Assembly: GCA_011364965.1 (NCBI GenBank)
Contig: RDOB01000002.1
Location: 224,001 to 288,000, forward strand
Direction of reading: 5' to 3'
Source of the DNA: Candidatus Heimdallarchaeota archaeon
GTDB taxonomy: Archaea > Asgardarchaeota > Heimdallarchaeia > Hodarchaeales > Hodarchaeaceae
DNA: 64,000 nucleotides
Of this stretch, positions 29,146-37,988 are shown one piece after another (the stretch's first letter is position 1; every line of letters begins with the position of its first letter). The position numbers and the translations under genes were made by a program. The notes beneath the pieces were generated by a model. The model was not told the origin of the DNA. It was given only the letters and a program-made list of their open reading frames with translations, and did no database searches.

Positions 29146-30105
29146 TTATTCTTTCCTTGGTGTTTTTACCTCAGATAATACTTTTTCAATTAATAAGTCA
29201 GCTGAAGTTCCAGAAAGCCAAGATCCAATTTCTAAAACCAGTCTATGAGCTAATGCACTCGCAGCTAAATCTTTTACATCTTGAGGAATTACATAATCCC
29301 TTTTGTTTATCATTGCATTTGCTCGTGCCAATGCCATTAGATCTAAAGATCCTCTAGGTGATGAACCTACTTTTACTTGAGGCATATCTCTTGTTTTTTG
29401 AACTATTGCCACTATATATTCTTTTATCTCATCTGACACATGGACCTTTTCAACTGATTGCTGCATATTCCAAAATGTTTCTCGATCGGTAATACGCTTA
29501 AAATCAAACATTTTTTTCTGCCTATTAATACGATTTGTTAATATTTGGCGTTCAGCTTGTGTTGAGGGATATCCGATTTTAATTTTGGCAAGAAAGCGAT
29601 CAATTTGCGCTTCAGGAAGCGCAAAAGTTCCCTCTAACTCAAGGGGATTTTGTGTAGCCACTACAAGAAAGGGTTTTGTATCTCCTGTTAGTTGATAGGT
29701 AGTTCCACCAACAGTTACTTGGTATTCCGCCATCGCTTCAAGTAGGGCACTTTGTGTCTTAGGAGTCGCTCGGTTTATTTCATCAGCAAGTATTATATCA
29801 GAAAATATTGGTCCTCTCTTAAATTGAAAATCATTAGTTTTCTGATTAAATATTTCCGAACCTGTTAAATCCTGTGGTAGAAGATCTGGAGTAAACTGAA
29901 TTCTCTTGAATTCACATCCAAGAGCCCTCGCAAACGCTCTACAAATCATAGTTTTTGCTAAACCTGGATAATCTTCAAATAAAACATGGCCATCTGCTAA
30001 AAATGCAGTCATAACTAGTCTTAAAGTAGTATCCTTGCCAATTATGTGATTTCCGATCTCTTTTAAGATGCGATCGCTTAATTCTGCTGTTTGTTCAATT
30101 ATCAT
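29146..30105 (-). CDS. MoxR family AAA+ ATPase
   Basis: EDYPGLAKT, RIQFTPDLLP, LADEINRA, ATQNP, LPEAQIDRF and SPRG. Confidence 0.96.
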   Translation of the reverse strand: MIIEQTAELSDRILKEIGNHIIGKDTTLRLVMTAFLADGHVLFEDYPGLAKTMICRAFARALGCEFKRIQFTPDLLPQDLTGSEIFNQKTNDFQFKRGPIFSDIILADEINRATPKTQSALLEAMAEYQVTVGGTTYQLTGDTKPFLVVATQNPLELEGTFALPEAQIDRFLAKIKIGYPSTQAERQILTNRINRQKKMFDFKRITDRETFWNMQQSVEKVHVSDEIKEYIVAIVQKTRDMPQVKVGSSPRGSLDLMALARANAMINKRDYVIPQDVKDLAASALAHRLVLEIGSWLSGTSADLLIEKVLSEVKTPRKE

Positions 30106-30111
30106 TATTTT

Positions 30112-30648
30112 TTACTCCATATCAAATACTAAAGGAATATCTATAATCCGTTCAACCTCTGAGAGTATCTGGTAAAACTCATCGCGCAGATAATCCGATG
30201 TATAACGTCGTTCTGATCGGATTGATCTAGAAATTTGATTATATTGATCATCAATCCATTTATTTGGATCTTTTAGTAGCAATCGTAAACTTTCTGATAT
30301 TTCAACTTCCTTCAAATTGTTTTTCAAGCTAAATTGTTCTTTGATAAGCTGAGATAAGAGTAGAGCTAATTGTCTTTGTCTATGGGGAGTTGACATTAAT
30401 GAAAGTTGAAAAAAATTAGAAAAAGTCTTACTATGTGGCCTTGGAGGGGCATTGTACTCAGATTTTCCTCTTGTAAAGTTTTCGGGCTCTTCATTAACAA
30501 GATAACCTTTCAACCAATGTGAGTGAATAGCTCTAGCAGCAACCAAAAATAAAGTCGCGAGAATAAATGTGAATAATAATTCAAAAACAGGTTTTACAAC
30601 AGAATTAATATTCATCCATTTCCTCTCTTTCTTTCTTTTCCGAATCAT
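30112..30648 (-). CDS. Hypothetical single-TM protein of the MoxR operon
   Basis: One TM helix plus a helical region; start possibly at the internal ATG (MNINSVV). Confidence 0.7.
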   Translation of the reverse strand: MIRKRKKERKWMNINSVVKPVFELLFTFILATLFLVAARAIHSHWLKGYLVNEEPENFTRGKSEYNAPPRPHSKTFSNFFQLSLMSTPHRQRQLALLLSQLIKEQFSLKNNLKEVEISESLRLLLKDPNKWIDDQYNQISRSIRSERRYTSDYLRDEFYQILSEVERIIDIPLVFDME

Positions 30649-31534
30649 TTGTCTCTAAATTTATATCCTCTGGTTCACCCGAGGGAAAAAGGATATTACC
30701 TGCTAATTTTTTTGCTAATGCCACCTGATCATCTGTTATTATATGAATGGAAAATTTCGCTTCTTCAAATAATTCCGTTAATCCATCAATATTGTTGGGC
30801 CGGGTTAAATCTTTTTCTTTAACGTCAGTGTCAAATTCAGTAGGTGTGAGACTATCAGATGTCTCTGCACCTCTTTCTTCAAGGGCTGTTGATGCTTGAT
30901 AATAACATTCTAAGATAGACCTCGTAGAATATTGAGTTTTTTCTTTTACTTCCGACTTTCCTGATCCCTCGTCTACAGGAAAAATTTTTTCATCCGATCG
31001 TCGCTGAATTATAAAAATCAAGATAATAGGCAACAATAATATACCAAATAAGATGATATTTCGAAAATTCTCTAAAAGACTGAAACTAGGCATTTCATTA
31101 GTAGTCGGATCTGAATTTCCAGTATTAGTGGTTGAGGTTATAATTGTGCTCGTAGTAACAGGTGTTGTAGTTCCTGGAAGCAAGCTAGTTGTTGTATTAG
31201 AATCTGGTACAATTATATTCTCTACTGGTTCAGGTATGGGGATAAAAATTATGGCTAAATAGAAGATTACAAAAATGAAGATCCATTTTCTAGGAGGAAG
31301 CCATTCAGTCTCTCTAATGTTGCGATTATATAAGAAAAAATAAAAGCTTGCAAATACAGGTAAAAGAAGCCCCAAAGATTCAAGAAGAGAGAGATTTAAG
31401 ACTAAAAAAGGCTCAATCAAACTCATTCTGAACTGCTGTTCAAGTGCTATCTGCGCAGTAGCAATTAACGTAAGGAAAACAAACAAAACTAGAAATCCAG
31501 AGTCCGTTAAAAATGAAAAGTCGTCTTTATTCAC
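30605..31534 (-). CDS. DUF4129 domain membrane protein
   Basis: TM helices, Thr-rich linker, and C-terminal SLTPTEF...LTELFEEAKFS DUF4129 signature. Confidence 0.85.
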   Translation of the reverse strand: MNKDDFSFLTDSGFLVLFVFLTLIATAQIALEQQFRMSLIEPFLVLNLSLLESLGLLLPVFASFYFFLYNRNIRETEWLPPRKWIFIFVIFYLAIIFIPIPEPVENIIVPDSNTTTSLLPGTTTPVTTSTIITSTTNTGNSDPTTNEMPSFSLLENFRNIILFGILLLPIILIFIIQRRSDEKIFPVDEGSGKSEVKEKTQYSTRSILECYYQASTALEERGAETSDSLTPTEFDTDVKEKDLTRPNNIDGLTELFEEAKFSIHIITDDQVALAKKLAGNILFPSGEPEDINLETNDSEKKEREEMDEY

Positions 31535-31738
31535 TTTTTTTCCCTAATAATAATCGCAAAACTATCAATTGCGATTTTTTGCGTACTTAATACTTTTTTC
31601 TCTTTCTGCAGGTTCTTCGGGAATTAAGGTAATCTCATCTAATATAACCAATAGACATATTATTAATCGAAACAAAGAGTACTACAATCCATTTGTTTAT
31701 CTTTCAACATTGAATGAGATTGTACTGGTGTTTCGTTA

Positions 31739-32170
31739 TTGCTTTTATATTGGATAGACAAAAAAAGGTTCGCAGGTTCAAATTCTCCCTCGATAGAGGA
31801 CTTTCCTTTTCTTAAATGCTTTGAGTGGGGAGGATTAATCTGCTTAGAGTCCGAACCTCTATCTGAAGAGATTTCACTACTTTTGGATGTACCTTTCTGC
31901 CATATTCCAATTGCGGATTTTTCACCTCCATCTCATGAAGATTTAGAGCAAATCCTTGAATTTTATAATTATTGTCAAGAAATGAGACCCAACTTTCCGC
32001 TTCTTATTCATTGTTCCGCTGGTCAAGGCCGTACAGGAACGATTTTGGCATCGTTGTTAGTACTTTTAGATAATCAAGATCCAATAAAAGCTATTAATAT
32101 GATCAGAAATGTAAATCCATTTGCTATTGAGACAAAAGAACAAGAAGAATTTATTATGCATTTGAAATAA
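31739..32170 (+). CDS. Dual-specificity/protein-tyrosine phosphatase
   Basis: IADFSPP acid loop, HCSAGQGRTG catalytic motif and AIETKEQ. Confidence 0.92.
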   Translation: MLLYWIDKKRFAGSNSPSIEDFPFLKCFEWGGLICLESEPLSEEISLLLDVPFCHIPIADFSPPSHEDLEQILEFYNYCQEMRPNFPLLIHCSAGQGRTGTILASLLVLLDNQDPIKAINMIRNVNPFAIETKEQEEFIMHLK

Positions 32171-32775
32171 TGATTTATTTAATTGGTGAAATTATAATGC
32201 CCAAAAAATCTACAGCTATTATAGGTTTAATCTTTGCAGCAATTGGTTTTATCATCCCCTCTTTTCTTCTTGTTTGGACTGGAACTGAATCAACCTCAAT
32301 GATTTTAGGAGCTAGTTATATCTACATTTGGGGATTTTTTGAAACTTCAATTGGTATTGGTTCAATAGGAGATTCAAGCATACATTTTTTTAATATTAAT
32401 TGGTTTATACAACCTGATAATATTTCCCAAGGATCTGAACTGATAGATTTCTATTTGAATATTTTTGCTGTCGGTATCTATCCCGGAAACTTTTCATCTA
32501 ACACATTAAGTCTTTCTGGATTAATATTCGGAATCTCTCTACTTTTAACAATACTTGGATTGATTTTTGGATTAATAAAACAAAATATACCAAAATTTTC
32601 GGGTACTGCTTTCCTCTTATCAGGTACTATTGCATTGATGGCTGTTTTTTTAATATGGGGAAATATCACGAACCTTACCTTTATTGGTGGAGGAGTTGAA
32701 GAGAATTTTTTCCCTATTCCTCTTGGGTGTTTGATGATAATTGGCGCAGGTATCTGGAATATTTTTAAAGCTTGA
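32170..32775 (+). CDS. 4-TM membrane protein of unknown function
   Basis: Four hydrophobic helices; abuts the phosphatase stop codon. Confidence 0.7.
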   Translation: MIYLIGEIIMPKKSTAIIGLIFAAIGFIIPSFLLVWTGTESTSMILGASYIYIWGFFETSIGIGSIGDSSIHFFNINWFIQPDNISQGSELIDFYLNIFAVGIYPGNFSSNTLSLSGLIFGISLLLTILGLIFGLIKQNIPKFSGTAFLLSGTIALMAVFLIWGNITNLTFIGGGVEENFFPIPLGCLMIIGAGIWNIFKA

Positions 32776-32793
32776 ACAAGTTTTCTTCATTAT

Positions 32794-33915
32794 TTAATTT
32801 TCTTTCAATATTGCGTTCAAGAATTTAACTAAAATTTTCTCCGTATATTCCACTTCTTTTATTGAAACTCTCTCATTAGTGACATGGATTGCTTTGGGAT
32901 CTCCAGGTCCAAAAATTACAAATGGTACCTCCTTTGCCAATATTGCTGCATCAGTTGCATAATTTAATCCTATAGGAGTTTTGTTATTCGTCATTTCCAT
33001 TAGTTTTTTAACAAATAGATTATCTACTGATGTACTAACCGTAGGCATAGTTTGCATGATAATTGTCTCAAATCTAACATTTTTCCCCTTAGAAAATTCA
33101 GAAATTTTCTCATGGATTTGTGTAGCAAATTCATTGGGATTAATTGGAGGAATTAATCTATAATCGCAATGAATTTCTGCTTTCTCTGGGACCACGTTTG
33201 CGCTTGTTCCTCCTTGAATTAAGCCAATATTTAGGGTACTAGTTCCTAAGATTTCATTTTCTAGATTAGGAAGTTCGGAATATAAAATAGGGAAGATTTT
33301 AATGAGATTTTCGATGGCATTCACTCCTTTTTCAGGTGTAGATCCATGAGCTGACTGTCCATGACACAGGATCTTTAACCATAGGACTCCTTTCTCTATG
33401 ATGCCAATCTTGAGTGAGGTTGGTTCAGTTACTATCAAAAATACCGCAAATTCCATTAATCCTCTGCTTATTGCCGCTTTAGCCCCTCCTAATCCAACTT
33501 CCTCATCTGAGGTTCCAAGAAATAGGATTTTGAATTTCATCTGGTCTTCAGGAATAGTTTCTTTAATTTTTTTTAGTGCACCTAAGCACGCTGCTACCCC
33601 TCCTTTCATATCTGCGGAACCTCGACCGAGGATATAATTATCTAATTCCATTGGTTCAAATGGATCATTTTGCCAGTTTTTTCTTTCACCTGCTGGAACA
33701 GTATCTAAGTGTCCGCATAAGACAATGGTATATTTTTTTTCACCATAGGATAATACTATATTTCCTTTAAATTCATCCAACCAATGGATTTCACTTCTAA
33801 TTTTATTTTCATCAGCCCATTTTTTAATCCAAAGAATATTCTCGCGAGTAATTCCTGGAGGATTTTCTGAATTTAATTTTATTAATTCTTTGAGAATTCT
33901 AATACTTTCAGACAT
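32794..33915 (-). CDS. M20 family metallopeptidase/deacylase (ArgE/DapE-like)
   Basis: GHLDTVP, GRGSADMKGG, DEEVG, EPT, SAHGS and IH. Confidence 0.93.
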   Translation of the reverse strand: MSESIRILKELIKLNSENPPGITRENILWIKKWADENKIRSEIHWLDEFKGNIVLSYGEKKYTIVLCGHLDTVPAGERKNWQNDPFEPMELDNYILGRGSADMKGGVAACLGALKKIKETIPEDQMKFKILFLGTSDEEVGLGGAKAAISRGLMEFAVFLIVTEPTSLKIGIIEKGVLWLKILCHGQSAHGSTPEKGVNAIENLIKIFPILYSELPNLENEILGTSTLNIGLIQGGTSANVVPEKAEIHCDYRLIPPINPNEFATQIHEKISEFSKGKNVRFETIIMQTMPTVSTSVDNLFVKKLMEMTNNKTPIGLNYATDAAILAKEVPFVIFGPGDPKAIHVTNERVSIKEVEYTEKILVKFLNAILKEN

Positions 33916-33935
33916 AAAAGAACCTTCTATAAGTC

Positions 33936-34178
33936 CTAGATTGACATATTTTTCATTCTTTCATACTCCTCAATCTCCATTTCAGCAAATATTGGTCCTT
34001 GGTATTCACAATTGTGACAAATATAGGTTCTTGGCGCTAATATACCTAAAAATGTATTTGGAAGAATACTCAATGAATTTTGGAGACATACTGGGCAAAC
34101 TATGACATTTGTGTTCGATTTTGAAACTCGGTGAGTTAAATTTTTAATTTCTTTCACTTTTCTAAAGAATTGACACAT
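33936..34178 (-). CDS. Small zinc-ribbon protein
   Basis: CPVC...YICHNCEYQGP. Confidence 0.7.
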   Translation of the reverse strand: MCQFFRKVKEIKNLTHRVSKSNTNVIVCPVCLQNSLSILPNTFLGILAPRTYICHNCEYQGPIFAEMEIEEYERMKNMSI

Positions 34179-34547
34179 ATTACGTCCCTAGTTAAATGAT
34201 AAATGAAAATTTGTTGTTTGATCTATGATAAATATGAAGAAAGATGTTTATTATCTGAAATATTGTCATTTTGCTATTCAATCCACATGTTCTCATATAT
34301 TTTTAGTATAAGTGAGCTTTTCTTTGAGGATTTTTTTAGATTATTTATTTGATATCGAATTAATGAACTGTTAACTTATTAATACTAATGTAATTTTCCT
34401 CTCAAACAGGGATATTGAACCTAATCATTTAATTTAATTAAGTATTAACCTGCATTGTGGCAACCTTTTTTTACTCCCTATTATCAATAAGTTATCAATA
34501 GATTAAGTTTTCTTTTATGTAATATAAGATCCTAGGCGATTTAAAAA

Positions 34548-35108
34548 ATGAGTACTATCCAATATAACTACCTAGCTAAGATTCTTCTTCTTGGGGAATA
34601 TAGAGTAGGCAAAAGTAGCATGGTACTACGATATGTCGAGGATAGATTTCCAGGCGATTATATGGCAACCATTGGTGCCAATTTTTTAGTTAAAAGCGTA
34701 AATCTCTCTTTATATGGACGACAATATAGAGTTGGACTTCAGATTTGGGATATAGGAGGGCATGCTCGTTCCTCACAAGTTGGACGTGTGTTTTTCCAAG
34801 GTGTATCAGGCGCTTTACTCGTTTACGATCTCACAAGAAAAGATACATTAGAGAAGCTTCCATTATGGATCGAACAATTGATGAAATATTCACCAGAAGC
34901 AAGGACGTATCTTGTTGGCAATAAAAGTGATCTCTTTTCTGAACGCGAAATAAGTCTAGAAGACGGGGAAAGAGCAAAAATCTCTCTAGGAATGGTTAAT
35001 TTTTTTGAAACTAGTGCAAAAACAGGGGATCATATTCAAGAAACCTTTGAAAATATGGCAAAACTGCTCATTGAGAGTAATCGGGATAAAATTCAATTAA
35101 AGGAATAA
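34548..35108 (+). CDS. Rab-like small GTPase with atypical G1/G3
   Basis: GEYRVGKS, ATIGANF, WDIGGH, NKSD and TSAK. Confidence 0.93.
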   Translation: MSTIQYNYLAKILLLGEYRVGKSSMVLRYVEDRFPGDYMATIGANFLVKSVNLSLYGRQYRVGLQIWDIGGHARSSQVGRVFFQGVSGALLVYDLTRKDTLEKLPLWIEQLMKYSPEARTYLVGNKSDLFSEREISLEDGERAKISLGMVNFFETSAKTGDHIQETFENMAKLLIESNRDKIQLKE

Positions 35109-35121
35109 AATTCTCCTTTCC

Positions 35122-35481
35122 CTAAGCCAACATCATGATCTCTTCAAATGAATGAATACCTTCTAAAGTATTTTTATAAAACTCAATTTCCTCCGATGTT
35201 ATTTCATCATTGGCGCAGAGAAATTCAATGATATCTAAAAACAAATTTTTGGCGTAATCAAAATTTGTCATCACCTCGGGGAGGGAGGAGAAGGCAAATG
35301 TTAATCTATCCGCTAATGTTGCATCTGGTACTTTCAATGCATTTCGAACAGTCTGAATATAGATCTCATCATCAGTGATTTGTTGAGCAATTTTTTTTCT
35401 TTTCTCTGCTTCTTGAGCAGCTTCATGGGTAAGTTCTGGCGGTTGAAAAATCTTCTTGAAGAAACGAATGAACCGACTCAT
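35122..35481 (-). CDS. Hypothetical helical protein with amphipathic N-terminus
   Basis: 119 aa, ATG start, MSRFIRFFKKIF. Confidence 0.7.
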   Translation of the reverse strand: MSRFIRFFKKIFQPPELTHEAAQEAEKRKKIAQQITDDEIYIQTVRNALKVPDATLADRLTFAFSSLPEVMTNFDYAKNLFLDIIEFLCANDEITSEEIEFYKNTLEGIHSFEEIMMLA

Positions 35482-35660
35482 CGAAACTATCTCACGTTAG
35501 TAATATTTATTATATTTCAGAAAATATCAATAGCAATTCGATGTTTATTCAAATGATTTAAAAAACATCTTATTCAAATTTCTAGTAGAATATAGTTTAA
35601 GTAGAGGTTTGCATTCTACAACAGGAGAATTTACGTTCTACCTGATCAGGAGGTTTATTA

Positions 35661-36716
35661 ATGTCAGATACATCTCGTACAAGTCATTCCGAAGCGATCG
35701 CTGGAGTTCGAATCAAACGATTTCTTACGTTGGCTCTATTACATATTTCTAGTGAGTTAATGAATAAATCTGATAGTAAATCTGCAAAAAAATTTCTAGA
35801 AAGTACAATTGATGATCTCGTAAAGTCAAGTTTTACATTAAGTTCTACAGATAATCCTATCAGCCAAGCCAAGCTATTTATGGCATCATTGGGTTTTTCT
35901 CCATGTGAGATAGAATGGTCGGAAGATATTCGGTTAGGACGATTTCTTCTTGGGAAAAGCCGAATTTGGAAACCAAAATCCGCAAAAGAAGAAGAATTAG
36001 TCGCATTATTGATTTTAGCTATAGTTAAAGGCTTGGGTTATGCTTTTCTACAAACCGCTGTGGAAGTCAAATTTGTGAATGATGATTTATTACCTCCCAG
36101 ATTTTCTTACGAAATCCAATTCCGTGCTGCTGAAGATGTTTTTGCTGAATCCATAAAAACAGTAGAGACTAAAGATAAAGAACAGAGGGTTACATTGTCA
36201 GCAGGAGCACTTTTAGAACCCATACTAGGTACCAGTGTGCGGGTTGAAGAAGCAACGCGATTTTTAATTGAAGCTACTCGGGAAGTTACAGAAGAAATCC
36301 AACCAGACTTATTGAACAGAAAAGATATAGCAGATTACCCCCTTAAAATACTAGAGGTTTTATTTATTCATCTCCAGGGTAGTGATAAATCAATTGACGT
36401 AGCTCAGAGGATTGGGGAACTAATGGTAGATAATTTGAAACTAGAATATCCTGATCTCAAAAATCACCAGATTTTAAAAGGCATAGGACTAATTCCAGTA
36501 GAGCAGATTGATGAGCTTCTTTTCTATGGTAATGTTGAAATTTGTGGACGAGGAAAAGAAGGGAAGAATATACAATTTTGTCAGTTTTTAGGACATCTTT
36601 GGAGTGGATTTGCTTCTAAAGTTTTAGGAAAAAAATTCATCATGGCTGAAGATCCTTTATGTGCCTCAGGGAAGGGAAAAACCTGTATATTTACACTTGA
36701 AGAGATAATAGAATAA
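35661..36716 (+). CDS. Tandem Bet3/TRAPP-like and V4R domain protein
   Basis: N-terminal domain LAIVKGLGYAFLQTAVEVKFVND...YEIQFR; C-terminal V4R Cys pattern C...FCQFLGHLWSGF...CASGKGKTCIF; strong AGGAGG RBS. Confidence 0.7.
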   Translation: MSDTSRTSHSEAIAGVRIKRFLTLALLHISSELMNKSDSKSAKKFLESTIDDLVKSSFTLSSTDNPISQAKLFMASLGFSPCEIEWSEDIRLGRFLLGKSRIWKPKSAKEEELVALLILAIVKGLGYAFLQTAVEVKFVNDDLLPPRFSYEIQFRAAEDVFAESIKTVETKDKEQRVTLSAGALLEPILGTSVRVEEATRFLIEATREVTEEIQPDLLNRKDIADYPLKILEVLFIHLQGSDKSIDVAQRIGELMVDNLKLEYPDLKNHQILKGIGLIPVEQIDELLFYGNVEICGRGKEGKNIQFCQFLGHLWSGFASKVLGKKFIMAEDPLCASGKGKTCIFTLEEIIE

Positions 36717-36734
36717 AAAAGGAAGAGAAAAGAA

Positions 36735-37937
36735 TTATTTATATGAACTCCATTTCTCCTCGAGTTTAGGATCCATAATTGTATCCATAATATATTTCCC
36801 AAATTCTTCTCCTGTTGCTCCAGTATCTCTTCCAGTGATTTTAATCTTCTTTTCGAATTCTGCACAAATATCCAAGGCCATTTCCAATTTTTTGGCCTTT
36901 TCAACAAAGCCTATATGATTTAGTAGTAGTGCAGCAGCTTTAATAATGCTTGATGGGTCAGCATAGATTTGACGTCCTTCATCAATCATTTTCAAGGCTG
37001 AACCATGAATAGCTTCAAACATTGCATAACGTTTACCGATATTTGCGGAGCCAGCTGTGCCCACTCCACCTTGAATTTGTGCAGCTTCATCAGTTAAGAT
37101 ATCACCATAAAGATTAGGCATAACAAGAACTTTAAAGGAACTTTGACGTTCTGGATCAATCAACTTTGCTGTCATTATATCAATGTACCAATCGTCCCAT
37201 TTAACTTCTGGATAATCTTTAGATACTCTTTCTGCCATTTCTAAGAATTTTCCATCAGTAGTTTTGACAACATTCGCCTTGGTTACAACTGTGATCTTAT
37301 TTATACTGTTCTTTTTGGCATATTCGAAAGCAGCTCTTATTATTCGTTCAGATCCTTGCATAGTAATAACTTTAAAATCAAAAGTAAGATCTTCAGTAAT
37401 TGCGATCCCCTTTGAACCTAAAACATATTCCCCCTCTGTATTCTCTCGGTAGAACATCCAATCAATTCCTTTTTCAGGAACTTTAACTGGTCTAACATTC
37501 GCGAAAAGATCTAGCTCTCTTCTCATTGCGACATTTGCGCTTTCGATATTAGGCCATGGGCTTCCTTTCCAAGGTGTTGTTGTAGGGCCTTTTAAAAGTA
37601 CATGGCATTTCTTGATTTCAGCTAAAACATCATCTGGAATAGCTTTCATCACTTCTGCACGTTTTTCAATGGTTAATCCTTTAATTTCACGGATTTCTAC
37701 TTTTCCAGAGTTAATTTCATCCTCTAAGAGAAAATTAAGGATTTTTATTGCATGTTTAGTGATCTCAGGTCCTATTCCATCTCCACCAGCTGCACCAATT
37801 ATAATCTTGTCAAGAGACTGATAATTGATCCAGTCTGGTTCAGATTTTAATAGTCGTACTCTTTCGAGTTGTTCTCGAATCAATTTTTCGAAATGTTTGG
37901 AACCTTTCTGAACTAATTCTTCAGACATTTTTATCAC
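36735..37937 (-). CDS. icd: Isocitrate dehydrogenase (isocitrate/isopropylmalate DH family)
   Basis: GDGIGPEI, KGPTTTP, RENTEG, KANV, NLYGDILTD and FEAIHGS; context next to aconitase and ACL. Confidence 0.82.
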   Translation of the reverse strand: MIKMSEELVQKGSKHFEKLIREQLERVRLLKSEPDWINYQSLDKIIIGAAGGDGIGPEITKHAIKILNFLLEDEINSGKVEIREIKGLTIEKRAEVMKAIPDDVLAEIKKCHVLLKGPTTTPWKGSPWPNIESANVAMRRELDLFANVRPVKVPEKGIDWMFYRENTEGEYVLGSKGIAITEDLTFDFKVITMQGSERIIRAAFEYAKKNSINKITVVTKANVVKTTDGKFLEMAERVSKDYPEVKWDDWYIDIMTAKLIDPERQSSFKVLVMPNLYGDILTDEAAQIQGGVGTAGSANIGKRYAMFEAIHGSALKMIDEGRQIYADPSSIIKAAALLLNHIGFVEKAKKLEMALDICAEFEKKIKITGRDTGATGEEFGKYIMDTIMDPKLEEKWSSYK

Positions 37938-37988
37938 GCTATAATTTTAATTAACTTATTTGGTTTTATTACACAAAAAAGGGGAGAA

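Noticed and set aside
32170-32775. Claudin-like assignment for the 4-TM protein
   Set aside because: Topology is similar, but the W-GLW-C-C signature is absent.
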